Positions 49,321 to 62,100 of a DNA stretch of 64,000 bases are shown in pieces. The DNA is from Eledone cirrhosa (Eukaryota), in NCBI GenBank assembly GCA_964016885.1, contig OZ024744.1, positions 123,752,001-123,816,000 on the forward strand, written 5' to 3'. Each line of letters starts with the position of its first letter. The stretch's first letter is position 1. The notes under the pieces were generated by a model. The model did not search any database. It saw nothing but the letters and a program-made list of their open reading frames with translations, and was not told the DNA's origin. Made by a program: the position numbers and the translations under genes.

Positions 49321-50091
49321 TCTGTATATATATAAAGACAAAGTTTTCTGTGTGTGTGTGTGTGTGTGTGAACAATTTTTAATGAGGGCTCATAAATTCT
49401 AAACCATTCATGCAATTTCTTTGAAAATTTTTACAGAGCTTCTCCTTGCACAAAACCTGTAAATGATCCACAAAGGCTTTCAAAAATCGATATTGGGGCT
49501 TTTGGAGACATTAAAAAAGTTTTGGCTATTTGTGTGAATTTTCGTGATTAAGTAAGAGTTATCTTTAAGTAAGACAAGAGTTATCTTTTTTGTAAAAGGT
49601 ATAAGTAAAAATACAGGCAAAAGTTATAAGCAAGGAAAATTGGTGTACAATGTAGGAGTCAATACAGTCAATAAGGCCTTATTGACTGTATTGACTCGTG
49701 CATAACTTGCTTATAACTTCTTTGCCTTTGTTTTTTTAGCTTGTGATTTTTTTGCTTGTGCTCTTTACTTATACCTATTACACTTTCAACCAGTGCTGCT
49801 TGTAATTGTGTTATTTCAAGCAGAACATCTTTTTAACTCCTGAGTCTCCACATGATGCCTTTGACACTAATAACAACTATGTACCCTAAATATTTTAAAT
49901 GACTAGAATTTTAGTTACATGTTTCGACATTCCTTATGCTCCGATGATTCCAGACATCCATCTGGAAGAAACAATTGTCAGCAAATAAATGTTCTAAACT
50001 AAAATTTGATCGTTTTAACACTTTGTATCTCGGCTCTGTAAAACACTTGAAAATTTGCATTGAGCCTTTTGTCATACCGGTAACCGGCTAG
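49321..50091 (+). mobile_element. Non-autonomous Helitron-like element
   Basis: A|TC..TATATATAAAG start, 5' (GT)n, internal palindrome near 49657-49698, 3' ccgg-taa-ccgg hairpin, then CTAG|T. Confidence 0.6.
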
Positions 50092-50352
50092 TACTTAGTA
50101 CTACCCTCCATATTTATAGTTATATCAAACATATATAAATATAAATATTCTTATTACTATATATATACATATATAAATTGCAGAAGATAAGTTGTTTATA
50201 TGCAGTTGTTGCATTGTAACTTTGTGAAGATAAGCTGATCCTAGCAATCCAAAAGCACTTCACGTTAGTAATTCACCCCAGGTAAGAGTTGGTGATTAGG
50301 GGTGACGGAGTATTCATTTATCAAATTTATTAAATCAAATTTTAAATTGCAG

Positions 50353-50416
50353 AGTTCTGGATATGATACATCTGAATGTTTCTGATGATTCTGACCCAGA
50401 TGGCACTCGTTATCAA
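50353..50416 (+). CDS. PIK3R4: PIK3R4/VPS15 internal exon
   Basis: ttgcag acceptor and gtaagt donor. 64 nt, completes the CG|A Arg codon and reads VLDMIHLNVSDDSDPDGTRYQ. Phases fit both neighbours. Confidence 0.85.
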
Positions 50417-50468
50417 GTAAGTTCATTTATATATTTATTCGTCTCTGAGACAAACTGGAAAATTATTT

Positions 50469-51472
50469 GCATAAATATAAAAGTGAGAAAACTCATCGCT
50501 AGAACAGACATTAAAACAGCTAAATGCTGTCAAAGACAGTGATGGGACAGTGATGTCTCAGAAGACAGAGACCAGCAGCCAGTGGTCAACAGAGAGACAA
50601 TCTACAAGGTGGGTGACAGACACCCACCTTGTAGATTGTCTCTCTGTTGACTACTTGCCTCTGTCCTCTGAGGTATTTTTGCCCATCGCTGTCTTTGACA
50701 GCATTTAGCTGTTTTAATACTCTGTATAATAATTTAGAATATGTATTTAATTAGAAGGGTCTCTACAACAACTACAACGGTACGCGATGGGACCCACCCA
50801 CAGCCCCGACAGAATGGAGAAGGCGTTTCCCGGGAGGACGGCAAGGGAGACACGCTCGAAGAGCCACTCCAACTCGTGGGGCTCACAGCTGTGGCTGGCC
50901 AGCTCAGCGCCTATGGTGGTGAGTAGGGAGGTAGCCCTAGGACCGAGGACACCAGAAGTCTCCACTGCCAGGGGTACGACCGCAAACCTCTCAGAGAGCG
51001 ACCGTTATTTGAGGAGTTTGGCCCCCTCAGCCGGACGTGCAGCAGAACCTGGGTCAGTCGCAGACTGCACTAGGTTGCAGCTGCAGAAAGTGTTGGTGCA
51101 AGTGGCATCCCAGACGAGAGGTTTGCCACCGCGGAACGGGAAGATGGTCAGGCCATCTGGCCTTTTGCCGTCCCCTCGATCCAGCCCCACCGGCGCGAGC
51201 TGGGAAGGGAAGCCTGCAGCGTCCAAGCCATACTTAATGACCTCGTTGAGGGCAGCATGGCGTGGAATGCGGCCGACACTGTGGCGACAGGAAAGCGGGT
51301 GGAGGCTGAAAGAGTCCACGGTGGAACCGCAGCGACATTGGTGTGGCTGGCAGATCCGGAGGCTGAGCCTCAGGGAAATGCTGATGGACAGGCTATGGTT
51401 GTCTAGCTGCAGGGATATTTTCGCTGTTTTAAAGGCTGTTCTAGCGATGAGTTTTCTCATTTTTATATGCAT
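50469..51472. mobile_element. Inverted-repeat-bounded composite with a long hairpin and a CRE fragment
   Basis: tataaaagtgagaaaactcatcgctagaacag near 50476 is inverted near 51436-51467. Hairpin at ~50510-50718. Confidence 0.55.
50747..51405 (-). pseudogene. CRE-clade (restriction-like endonuclease) non-LTR retrotransposon C-terminal fragment
   Basis: CRCG..HPLSC zinc knuckle, RHAALN, KRPDG..WDAT, PLAVETSGVLG, SLAV..GNA. Contains an in-frame stop. Confidence 0.85.
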
Positions 51473-51711
51473 TAATTAATTAAAGTATGTTATTTTATTT
51501 GAGGGCTATGACAATACAAAATAGACGTAGATGTTACAATAAATTGAAGGCAACAAAGGTGTTTGTGAGTCACCGGTTATTTTAATTACCTTTCCTAATA
51601 TTTCGGGTGTAAAACCCTTCGTCAGGAGACTATAACAAGAAACTGGGCTGGAGTTGATGTATTGTTATCGGTTCATCATCTTTCTTTTTTTTGTAAGCTG
51701 AGGTGGACTGA

Positions 51712-52087
51712 CATGTGTAATGTGTGTGTGTGTATGTATAATGTTTGTGTGTGTATAATGTAGTGTGTATATATGTATAATGTGTGTATAATGTTGTGTG
51801 TATGTATAATGTGTGTATAATGTTTGTGTGTGTAATGTGTGTGTATATGTAGTGGTGTGTGTGTAGTGTTGTGTTGTGTTGTGTGTAGTGTTGTGTTGTG
51901 TGTGTGTATGTAGTGTTGTGTGTGTGTATGTAGTGTTGTGTGTGTATATGTAGTGGTGTGTGTGTATGTGTAGTGCTGTGTGTATATGTAGTGGTGTGTG
52001 TATGTAGTGTTGTGTATGTGTAGTGGTGTGTATGTGTGTGTATGTGTGTGTGTAGTGGTGTGTATGTGTTGTGTTGTGTGTGTGTAT
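51712..52087. repeat. GT-rich simple repeat
   Basis: Visible. Confidence 0.9.
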
Positions 52088-52216
52088 GGGTGGTTATTTA
52101 TGTCAAAAGTTGTATGTGAATTATTTTTTGATATAACTATTGTCAAGTTGCAATAAATTGGGTAATTTGGCTATTCTGGATTGAGTTATGTGTTTGGACT
52201 TGTGTAATATTTCATA

Positions 52217-53129
52217 CTAGTAGTTGCACGGGTAAGGTATTTTGGAACGCGGGCCGCCAACAGACCTAATCGTGGAAAAACTGCATGCCTGGACAATATG
52301 TAAAGAAAATAAACCGAATACTCTGATGGCTGGATAATCTTTAAGATTTTACTCGATGAAGCAGGAAAAATGCAGGTTTTCACCTAATGTGGGCCCTAGG
52401 GGATCAAGAAAATGAATTTTTTCATGTGCATAATAAGCCTGGAAAATCGGCTAGATGTAACGCCTCCAAAAAGCCCTAAAAAGCTGAAAAAATGAAATCT
52501 TTCACCTAATGCGGGCCCTAGGCCATAAAAAAGTTGGATTTTCTTTGCTCACCATATGAAGAAGAGACTGACTAATACATAGTTACAATTTCAAGGAAAT
52601 CAGTCTGACGTAACGACTCAAAAAACCCCTAAAAAGCTTAAAAAACGCAGTTTTTCACCTAATGCGGGCCCTAGGAGACCAAAATGTTGAATTTTTTTAT
52701 GTGCATAACACTCCCTGGAACATAAGTAATACACATGTAAAGTTTGAAAAACATCAGTTGGGTACTTCTCGAGTTTTAGGGATTCAAACTCACAGACACA
52801 CACACACACACACACAGTCAGACACACACCGTCAGGGAAGTAACGTAATGCAGACAGCCAGACATACAGACAGATATTATAAGGGCGCAACGTTATATCT
52901 ATGTATCTATCTAAAAAGAGAAAGACTAAGAATTATAGAGAGAGATCGCTAAATCGCCTAATGTGGTCCCTAGGGTATTGAATATTTGAAACTTTTTTGC
53001 TCAGAACACTCCCTGAAACATAAGTATTACATGTGTAAAGTTTGAAAACAGTCGGTTGGGTGCTTCTCGAGTTTTAGGGATTCAAACTCACTCACACACA
53101 GGCAGACATCCTCATTTTATATGTATAGA
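52217..53129 (-). mobile_element. Non-autonomous Helitron
   Basis: Minus strand A|TCTATACATATAAAATGAGGATGTCTG..cccgtgcaacta CTAG|T. Shares long blocks with 56991-57580. Confidence 0.75.
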
Positions 53130-53242
53130 TTACCCTCTTTTCACATCTGTAAAAGGAGTAATTACCCTGAAATATGTTGAAATACTGGCTAAAACATTAC
53201 TTTGTTTTATTTGTCATACTTTACCCTTTCAATATTTCTACC

Positions 53243-53571
53243 ACATGGCTTAGTGGTTAGAGCATTGGCCTTGCAATCGAAAGGTTGTGAGTTCAATTCT
53301 CAGCCTGGGTGATGTGTTGTTTCCTTGAGCAAGACACTTTATTTCACATTGCTCCAGTTTACTCAGCTGTAGAAATGAGATGATAGGGACTGGGGTCCCT
53401 ATCATTCCACTGTAAAGTGGTCGTGGAGGTGCCACGGCAAAAAAACACCCAGCACTCACTGTAAATGAGGTTGGTGTTAGGAAGGGCATCCAGCTGTAGA
53501 AATCGAGCCAGAATCAGGCCGTCCCACCCTTGCAAGCAGGGAAAAGCGAACGTAAAATGATGATGATGATG
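53243..53571 (+). mobile_element. tRNA-derived CORE-type SINE with RTE-derived 3' end
   Basis: A box TGGCTTAGTGG, B box GAGTTCAATTC, CORE-like ccttgagcaagacactt..cagctgtagaaatg, and a tail matching the RTE family C end plus (GAT)n. Confidence 0.88.
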
Positions 53572-54449
53572 TGGTGGCTTTCTGAAATATTTATCAGTGG
53601 TTTATGACATATTTCACAATAGTTTGTATTAACTATAATATTTTATTTAGAAATATAACTGTTTGATGGTAAGGTAAAATCCTGACTTTTGATGCAGTAT
53701 TTTACAGTCGGATGCCTTTCCTGACTCCATCTGGGTTGGTGTCAGGAAGGGCATCAGTGTAAAACGTTGCCTCAAAAGATCTCGTCCAAACCATGTAACC
53801 ATGGAAAAAAATCTCGATAAAAACGATGATGATGTACAAGCAAGGGTCTGCATCAGAAACAAATAATTGTGGTAGATGGTAGTTTGAAATAGAAGGGTTT
53901 CTTAAATGTCAGAATATGGAGATGGTATTACATTGAGAAGTCTCAACAGTCGGAACCAACGATATTTTCAAAATATTTTAGAATTTTAGCCATCTTTAGC
54001 GTTTGTTAAATTTCTGTTGAGGTGAACTTTGCTTTCATTCTTGTTAGGGTCCATAAAATTAATAGCAACTAAGGGATGACTGTCTTGAGCCCAGTGGTTC
54101 AGCAGGCTGGTGCTTATCCTAAATTCACTGGTGTTAAACAACCTAAACTCTTGGTCATGACCCTTCACTTCCAGTCAGGTACTGGGTTCAATTTATTCCC
54201 TTTGCCCCTAATGTAACCCTGTGCCTATATTAGAAAGTGATATAGGCCAGGTTAACTTTACCTTTCATCATTACAGCATTGATAAAATAAAGTACCAGTA
54301 ATGCACTGGGGTTGATTTAATCAACTTTCCTCCTCCGCCACACTCTCCCCTCATCTGTCACCACCACCACTACACACTGCCCTGCTCCACCATCGCCACA
54401 ACCACCACCATCACCACCACCACTAACATTATGTCTCTCTGTTCCACAG

Positions 54450-54597
54450 GTCAGCTATGATGCAGAACTCCAGACACTTCAAGAAATAATCCAACAGAAA
54501 GTTGTAATGTTGTTGTGTGACCAAGATAATATTGTCAAACAGACGTTGCTAGAGAATGGCTTCACACGGCTCTGTGTCTTCTTTGGTCGTCAGAAAG
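54450..54597 (+). CDS. PIK3R4: PIK3R4/VPS15 internal exon
   Basis: ccacag acceptor and gtaaag donor. [49 protein letters not shown] matches the conserved VPS15 '[21 protein letters not shown]' block. Confidence 0.96.
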
Positions 54598-54627
54598 GTA
54601 AAGTATTAACACCTCCCACCCCTAATT

Positions 54628-55390
54628 TGGTAGTGTTGGTGTCACGATAAAATACACCCAGTACACTCTGTAAAGTGGTAGTGTTGGTGTCACGATAAAA
54701 TACACCCAGTACACTCTGTAAAGTGGTAGTGTTGGTGTCATGATAGAATACACCCAGTACACTCTGTAAAGTGGTAGTGTTGTTGTCATGATATAATACA
54801 CCCAGTACACTCTGTAAAGTGGTAGTGTTGGTGTCATGATATAATACATCCAGTACACTCTGTAAAGTGGTAGTGTTGGTGTCATGATATAATACACCCA
54901 GTACACTCTGTAAAGTGGTAGTGTTGGTGTCATGATATAATACACCCAGTACACTCTGTAATGTGGTAGTGTTGTGTCATGATATAATACACCCAGTACA
55001 CTCTGTAAAGTGGTAGTGTTGGTGTCATGATATAATACACCCAGTACACTCTGTAAAGTGGTAGTGTTGGTGTCATGATATAATACACCCAGTACACTCC
55101 TTAAAGTGGTAGTGTTGGTGTCATGATATAATACACCCAGTACACTCTGTAAAGTGGTAGTGTTGGTGTCATGATATAATACACCCAGTACACTCCTTAA
55201 AGTGGTAGTGTTGGTGTCATGATATAATACACCCAGTACACTCTGTAGAGTGGTAGTGTTGGTGTCATGATATGATACACCCAGTACACTCTGTAAAGTG
55301 GTAGTGTTGGTGTCATCATATGATACACCCAGTACACTCTGTAAAGTGGTAGTGGTGGTGTCATGATAAAATACGCCCAGTACACTCTGC
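54628..55390. repeat. 48-bp minisatellite (~16 copies)
   Basis: Unit gtacactctgtaaagtggtagtgttggtgtcatgatataatacaccca, head-to-tail without spacers. Confidence 0.95.
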
Positions 55391-55477
55391 ATTTTATTGT
55401 GCCACTGACATGAGAATGATTACCTTGTGAGATTTTAATTATTCAGATTATTAACTTCATCTTTGAAAATAGGAAAT

Positions 55478-55748
55478 ATACCATATATACTCATTCATAA
55501 TTTGATCCCTCCCATATACCATATATACTTGCGTATAACTTCCATCCCCATGTACCATATATACTTGTGTATAATTATACCCCAAGTACCACATATACTT
55601 ATGTATAATATACCCACCCCACCCATGTACCATATACACTTGTGTATAAATATAACCCCCCCCCCCATGTACCATATATACTTGTGTATAATATAACTCC
55701 CCCCCCCCCATACCATATATACTTGAGTATAACCTTGCCCAAGTACCA
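55478..55748. repeat. ~35-45-bp degenerate minisatellite interrupted by an RTE
   Basis: taccatatatacttgtgtataat..cccc units; one further unit follows the RTE tail at ~56801-56835. Confidence 0.8.
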
Positions 55749-56800
55749 TTATAGTCCACCAAGCCATAACAGAGGAGTTTAAGACTGGCTGTCCATGGGA
55801 ACTTCTCTATGCTGACGATCTGGTTCTTGTAGCAGAATCAGTAGAGCAGCTACAGAAGAGATTCTGGCTATGGAAACAGCAGTTGGAAGCAAGAGGACTG
55901 AGAGTGAACCTAGCTAAGACAAAAGTGTTGATATGTAGGAAAGAGGACAAAACTCTGATTTCATCAGGGAAATGGCCATGTTTGATATGCAGAAAAGAAA
56001 CTGGCATAAATTCTATAAAATGTCCACAATGCAGATCTTGGTTACACGTGAGATGTAGTGGGAAAGCAGGCAAACTAACAGGTAGGGAGAAATACGTATG
56101 CAGTAGATGTACAGGGAAATTAGACAGTAGAAGTCGCACTGATAGACACATTTTTCAAATGCAGGTGGGATCTATAGAAGTGGTTGATAGCTTGATAGGA
56201 GATCAGATTAGCATGGGAGGGGGGTGTTCTGAGGCCATAGTATCTAGAATAAGGACAGGTTGGAAGAAGTTTAGGGAGCTGCTTCCTCTGCTGATGAAGA
56301 AGGGTTTCTCCCTGCATACGAAAGGCCGGTTATATGATGCCTGTGTGAGGAGCGCGATGCTGCATGGTAGTGAGACATGGGCAGCAACTACAGAAGATAT
56401 GCGACGGCTGGAGAGAAATGAAGCAAGCATGCTTCGTTGGATGTGCAATGTCAATGTGCGTGAACGACCAAGCATAGACGAGTTGAGAAAGAAACTGGGT
56501 ATAAGAGGGATAAGTTGTGTGCAGGAGAGAAGACTAAGATGGTATGGACATGTGAAGTGCATGGAGGATGACCAATGGGTGAAGAAGTGCCAAGAAATCC
56601 CAGTGGAGGGAATACGCAGTAGAGGAAGACCACGAAAAACATGGGCGGAGGTGGTGAGAGCAGACATCAGATCGCTGAAGCTCATGGAGGAGATGACGAA
56701 GGACCGTGACAAGTGGAGAGATGCTGTGCTGAATAGGACCCGTCCTAACCCTTGCAAGCAGGGAAAAGCGGACGTAAATTAATGATGATGATGATGATGA
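55747..56800 (+). mobile_element. RTE-clade LINE (family C), 5'-truncated
   Basis: [14 protein letters not shown]-terminus, 3' end cccttgcaagcagggaaaagcggacgtaaa and (TGA)n. Confidence 0.92.
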
Positions 56801-56990
56801 TACCATAAATACTTGTGTATAATCTACTCCCCCATAACATGTATGAAAAATTGATGTTAAAATTTGACAGAGAAAGCATGCTTTGCTCACATCAATTTTT
56901 ATACATGCTAAAACGATCCTTATTATATATATACTAGGTGTGCTTTTCAAACCCTTTTTTATAATTTCTTTACACTCACACACACACATA

Positions 56991-57580
56991 TCTATATATA
57001 TAAAACTGAGGATGTCTGTCTTTGTGTGTGAGTTTGAATCCCTAAAACTCGAGAAGCACCCAACCGACTGTTTTCAAACTTTACACATGTAATACTTATG
57101 TTTCAGGGAGTGTTCTGAGCAAATAAAATTTCAAATATTCAATGCCCTAGGGACCGCATTAAGCGATTTAGCAATCTCTCTCTATAATTCTTAGTCTTTC
57201 TCTTTTTAGATAGATACATACATATAACGTCACACCCTTATAATATCTGTCTGTATGTCTGGCTGTCTGCATTACGTCACTTCCTACAATTCGCTCTGCG
57301 TCCAGAACGCGCCCTTATAATATCTGTCTGTATGTCTGGCTGTCTGCTGCCTCCGGTTATTCAGCCACCCTTGCTCAAGACAAATCTCACACTCATTCCC
57401 CAAACAGTTGGTAAGTGCACACAACTTCTTCTTCGCGTTTTAAGCCACAGTGTTGCTTACTTACGTACCACCAGACCCTTACTTCTTTGCCAGCTGTGGT
57501 TGTGGCAATACTAAGCTTAGCTAAAGCGGTTATATATTTCACAATACCTTATCCCGTGCAACGCCGGGTACCACTGCTAG
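56991..57580 (+). mobile_element. Non-autonomous Helitron
   Basis: A|TCTATATATATAAAACTGAG start, 3' CCCGTGCAACGCCGGG hairpin and CTAG|T end. Confidence 0.8.
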
Positions 57581-57626
57581 TGTATATATATATTTATATT
57601 AATTTTCACTTTCTTCATCATTGCAG

Positions 57627-57673
57627 CCAGTGATATCCTTCTCTCCCATATGATAACATTCCTCAATGACAAG
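57627..57673 (+). CDS. PIK3R4: PIK3R4/VPS15 internal exon (47 nt)
   Basis: ttgcag acceptor and gtaagt donor. (A)SDILLSHMITFLNDK matches VPS15 'ANDVLLSHMITFLNDK'. Confidence 0.96.
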
Positions 57674-57835
57674 GTAAGTCTAAATATCTTTTTCTTCTTC
57701 TCCCACTTATTTCTGAGAGGGTTGTTGGGGTCAAAGTCCTCAAACATTCCTTCCAAGTGGGACAATTCCCGTCTAATCCATGCTAGCATGGAAGATAGAC
57801 GTTAAACGATGATGATGATGATTATATATATATAT

Positions 57836-60800
57836 ATCATCATCATCATCATCATTTTATGTCCACTTTTCCCTGCTTGCAAGGGTAGGACGAGTTCTAT
57901 TCAGCACAGCATCACTCCACTTGTCATGGTCTTTCGTCATCTTCTCCATGAGCTTCAGCGATCTGATGTCTGCTCTCACCACCTCCGCTCATGTTTTTCA
58001 TGGTCTACCTCTACTGTGTCTTCCCTCCACTGGGACTTCCTGACACTTTTTCACCCATTGGTCATCCTCCATGCGCATCACATGTCTATACCATTTTAGT
58101 CTTCTCTCCTGCACACCACAACTTATCCCTCTTATACCCAGTTTCTTTCTCAACTCGTCTATGCTTGGTCGTTCACGCACATTGACATTGCACATCCAAT
58201 GGAGCATACTTGAAAAATGTGTCTATCACAGCGATTACCACTGCTAACTTTCACTGTACATCTACTGCATACATAGTTTTTCCTACCTGTTAGTTTGCCT
58301 GCTATCCCGCTACATCTCTTGTGTACCCAAGATCTGCATTGCGTACATTTTATGGAATTTATGCCAGTTCCTTTCCTACATATCGAACATGGCCATTTCC
58401 CTGATGGAATCAGAGTATTGTCCTCTCTTCTACTCATCAACACTTTTGTTTTAGCTATGTTCACCCTCAGGCCTCTTAATTCCAACTGCTGTTTCCATAG
58501 CCAGAATTTCTTCTGTAGCTCCTCTACTGATTCTGCTATAAGAACCAGACCATCAGCATAGAGAAGTTCCCATGTGCATCCAGTCGTAAACTCCTCTGTT
58601 ATGGCTTGGAAGACTACAATGAACAAGAGTGGGCTGAGGACCGAACCTCGATGTACACCTACTTGTATCTGGAATTCCTCACTAAACTCCATTCCTAGTC
58701 TCACTTTACTGAGAGTACCTCTGTACATAGCTTGCACTGTCCTCACAAGCCATTCCTCTACACCTTGTTTCCTTAGAGACCACCAGATGACAGATTGGGG
58801 TACGCTATCAAAGGCCTTCTCTAGGTCAACAAAAGCTAAGTATAGTGGCTTATTCTTCTCTAAGAACCTCTCTTGTAGTTGCCTCACTAAGAAGAGGGAA
58901 TCTTTTGTACTTTTCCCAGGCACAAAACCAAACTGCATCTCATCTAAATTGACCCTCTCTCTAATCAGTTGTGCTAATATTCTCTCTGCCACTTTCATAA
59001 CCTGATCCATCAGCTTTATGCCCATATAATTGCTCCTCTCCAGAGCATCCCCTTTACCTTTGTAGCAATTTATGAGAATACTGCTGCACCAGTCTTTGGG
59101 TATGACACCACCATATAGAGCTTGATTGATGATGCGTGCAACCAGTTTAGTGCCTACGTCCCCTAATGCCTTCAGCATCTCAGCAACTATCCCCGATGGT
59201 CCAGCAGCCTTACCATTTTTCATTTCCTTAATCGCCTCTTGGACTCTATATTCGTCAATCTCAATAGCTGGTCCCTCTGTTGGATCTACTAAGGGTAATT
59301 TCTCTCTCTCCCATTCGTTCTCCACATTCATCAGTCACTCATAATGGCATTTCCAGGCCTCCTTATTTTGATCATTCGTGACACTAAGTACATCGGCATC
59401 ATTCTGGACACATTTATCTCCAACAACATCCTGATTTACACTGACACACTGCCTTGGAATGTGGAACACTGCATGTCTCTGATCTTCCTGTCGCAGAACA
59501 TTGGCAAACCTCCTACTCTCTGCCTCCTTGCGTGCTAAGTACACCTGACGTCTAGCTTCTCTCTTAGTGGCTGTGTATCCTTCTCTACTCCCACCATTTT
59601 TCCAAGTGTTCCATTCTAGTCTTTTGTCTCTAATGGCTTTATCTAGCGTGTTGTTCCATCACCAGGTCACTCTCTGTCTGGTTGGAGCTCTGCTCCAGCC
59701 ACAAGTTTCATCAGTAGTCTACAGTAAGTTGTCACATAAGAAATTCTAGTTATCATCTATGTCATACGACTCTAAATCGTCTTCTTTTTCGTCATATACA
59801 TCTTGAAGGGCTTTTCTAAATTTATATTTTAGTGAAAGGTCTTTTAGCTTCCAGACCTTTCTTCTCCACACCTTCCTGTATGTCTCATTCCATCTCTTGG
59901 TTACTGCGATATCACTAACGACTAACCTATGCTGTGGGGTACATTCTTCCCCAGGGTATGCCTTGGTATTTGACACCATCTGTCTCACTGTCTAACTAGC
60001 AGGAAGTCAATCTGGCTTATGTGCTCACCAGATTTGTAGGTTATTAGGTGGTTGGTAGGCTTCTGGAAGTTAGTGTTGCAAATGGTTAGTGCATTTGCAT
60101 CACAAAATTCAAGAAGCCTCACTCCTTCTTCATTTCTTGAGCCTAACCGTGCCCACCATGTATCCCAGTGTAACCATCCTGGAGCTGTCCAACATGTCCA
60201 TTGAAGTCCCCTGCTACCATCATGATGTCTCTGTCATTGCGGCTGTTTCTAAAAGTTGCTCGTAAAAGCAGTCTGTCTCTTCTTTACCTAGGCCTGCCTG
60301 GGGAGCATAGGCAGAGATGATTGTCACTAGTCTCCTGCCTACAACTAATCTAATCTTAATTATTCTATTACTAATTCTAACTACCTCTATTGTCTTATTG
60401 ATCCATCTCTCAGCCAGTAATATGCCCACTTCACCTAACCCATCATCATTACCCACCCAGAAAAGCTTATAACTAAGATGTTTGCATGTGGTTAGTCTTC
60501 AGAGGCACCTCTCCATCGCACCTCTTGCACACAGCACACAGCACACATCCACATGCCTTCTCTCCAGCATCTCCGCTATCTCACCAGATCTACCTGTGAG
60601 AGTGCCAACATTAAGTGTGGCAACTCTGAGATGCGACATCCTCATATTCTTGTTCTTTTTCCTGTTGTGCGATTGCTTGATGACGTTCGTGGGGTTCTCA
60701 CACATGGCCTCACTAGCCACCCCACTACCGTGCGCAGCCTTAACATGGTTAGTGTTATTGCTGTTGACGTAGTTGTTTTTGTGCGATTGCTTGATGACGG

Positions 60801-61300
60801 TTGAGAGGTTCTCGCACACGGCCTCACCAGCCACCCCACTACCGTGCGCAGCCCTAACATGGTCAGTGTTATTGCTGTTTACGTAGTTGTTGCAATTCTT
60901 ATTTGTTGTGCTCATAATTTTGGCATTTATTATACTGGTTGGATGCCCTTCCTTACACCAGCACCACTTTTCAGCATGGACTAGATGCTTTTATTCGTGC
61001 CACCAGCACTAGAGAGGTCGTCTTACTGGACTCAGGGGCCCTATCTGCCCCTCTATTTTACAGCATGGACTGGGTGCTTTTATTCGTGCCACCAGCACTA
61101 GAGAGGTTGTCTTACTGGACTTAGGGGACTTCTCTACCCCGCACCAATTTATTCGGAGTGGTAGCTCTCCTAGACGAGTTGCCTACATTACGGCTTACAG
61201 AGCCTCCGTCCTCCCCGTGTCTGTTCTATGATATATTCGCGAGGGAGTGGTTAGCATACAGCGTCGGACAACTATACCAAACAGGGTGGAGGGGGGTTTA
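57836..61300 (-). mobile_element. Degenerate near full-length RTE-clade LINE (family C)
   Basis: APE (TLNVGTL, SAYAPQ) and RT ([14 protein letters not shown]) with several stops and frameshifts, an internal deletion at ~58209, an N-terminal ~120-bp duplication and a (TGA)n tail. 5' boundary approximate. Confidence 0.9.
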
Positions 61301-61835
61301 AGTGAGAACTGTAATGGTTGATACATAGAATTTTTAACACAGTTGCAAGTCACATACACACAAATATAAATAACAAATATACAGCCATCTTTACGAAAAG
61401 TGAGAGCCGTAACGGCTTCTACTTTTCGTACAAACTGTTACACATAACTATTTGAACATAATTTTGTAGATATGAAGAAATGACATCTATCTTTCTAAAA
61501 TCCATACATTTTTTGTATTTAGCAGAAACTAATAGAAATGAATTTGTAAAATGTTTTGGCTTGGAATAAATTCAACATTTCTTTACCATATTTACAATGA
61601 CATGCTGCTTATCTCCCTTCAGATTTCAAATAATTTTGTAAATAATCAAGAATTTTGATGGCTCTAATAATATAACTTTCTCATTATTAATATACTCTCA
61701 GATCTTGTGTAATAGCCCCCTCCCCCCACCTTATTAATTTTTCACATTGTTTCCTCCCCTCTCCCTCTTATTCCACCTCCTCCTCACTTATTTGCTAATC
61801 TGTTTGTGGATAAATGTTATTTTAAGTGGTAGCAT

Positions 61836-62100
61836 TCATCATCATCATACGTCCATTCTTTCACCCTAGCATGGGTTAGATGGGTTGTCCTGTTGTGGGC
61901 AATACTAGGTCAGGTGACCATGCCTTGCTCATACAGGGCTGATTTTGGCTTGATTTCTACAGCTGGATGCCCTTCCTAACACCAACCTTATTTACAGAGT
62001 GCTGGGTGCTTTTTTACTGTGGCGCCTACATGACCACTTTACAGGGTGGACTGGGTGCTTTTTTATTGCGACACCTACACAACCATTTTGCAGTGGGAGG
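61836..62100 (-). mobile_element. SINE or non-autonomous RTE-related 3' fragment
   Basis: (TGA)n tail, aacccatgctag-type end and gttggtgttaggaagggcatccagctgtagaaa motif. Confidence 0.65.

Noticed and set aside
50209-50281. Extra VPS15 exon ending CAG|gtaaga
   Set aside because: All frames from the best acceptor contain stops, and the flanking exons already join in frame and match VPS15.
51592-51630. Minus-strand hammerhead CTGACGA-A[GGGT..ACCC]-GAAAT
   Set aside because: Core and stem II are present but stems I and III do not pair convincingly. At best a decayed copy.
53243-53310. tRNA genes at the SINE heads
   Set aside because: A and B boxes continue into a SINE body and tail, with no complete cloverleaf.
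54628-55390. CRISPR-like array
   Set aside because: Head-to-tail units have no unique spacers, and the context is a eukaryotic intron.
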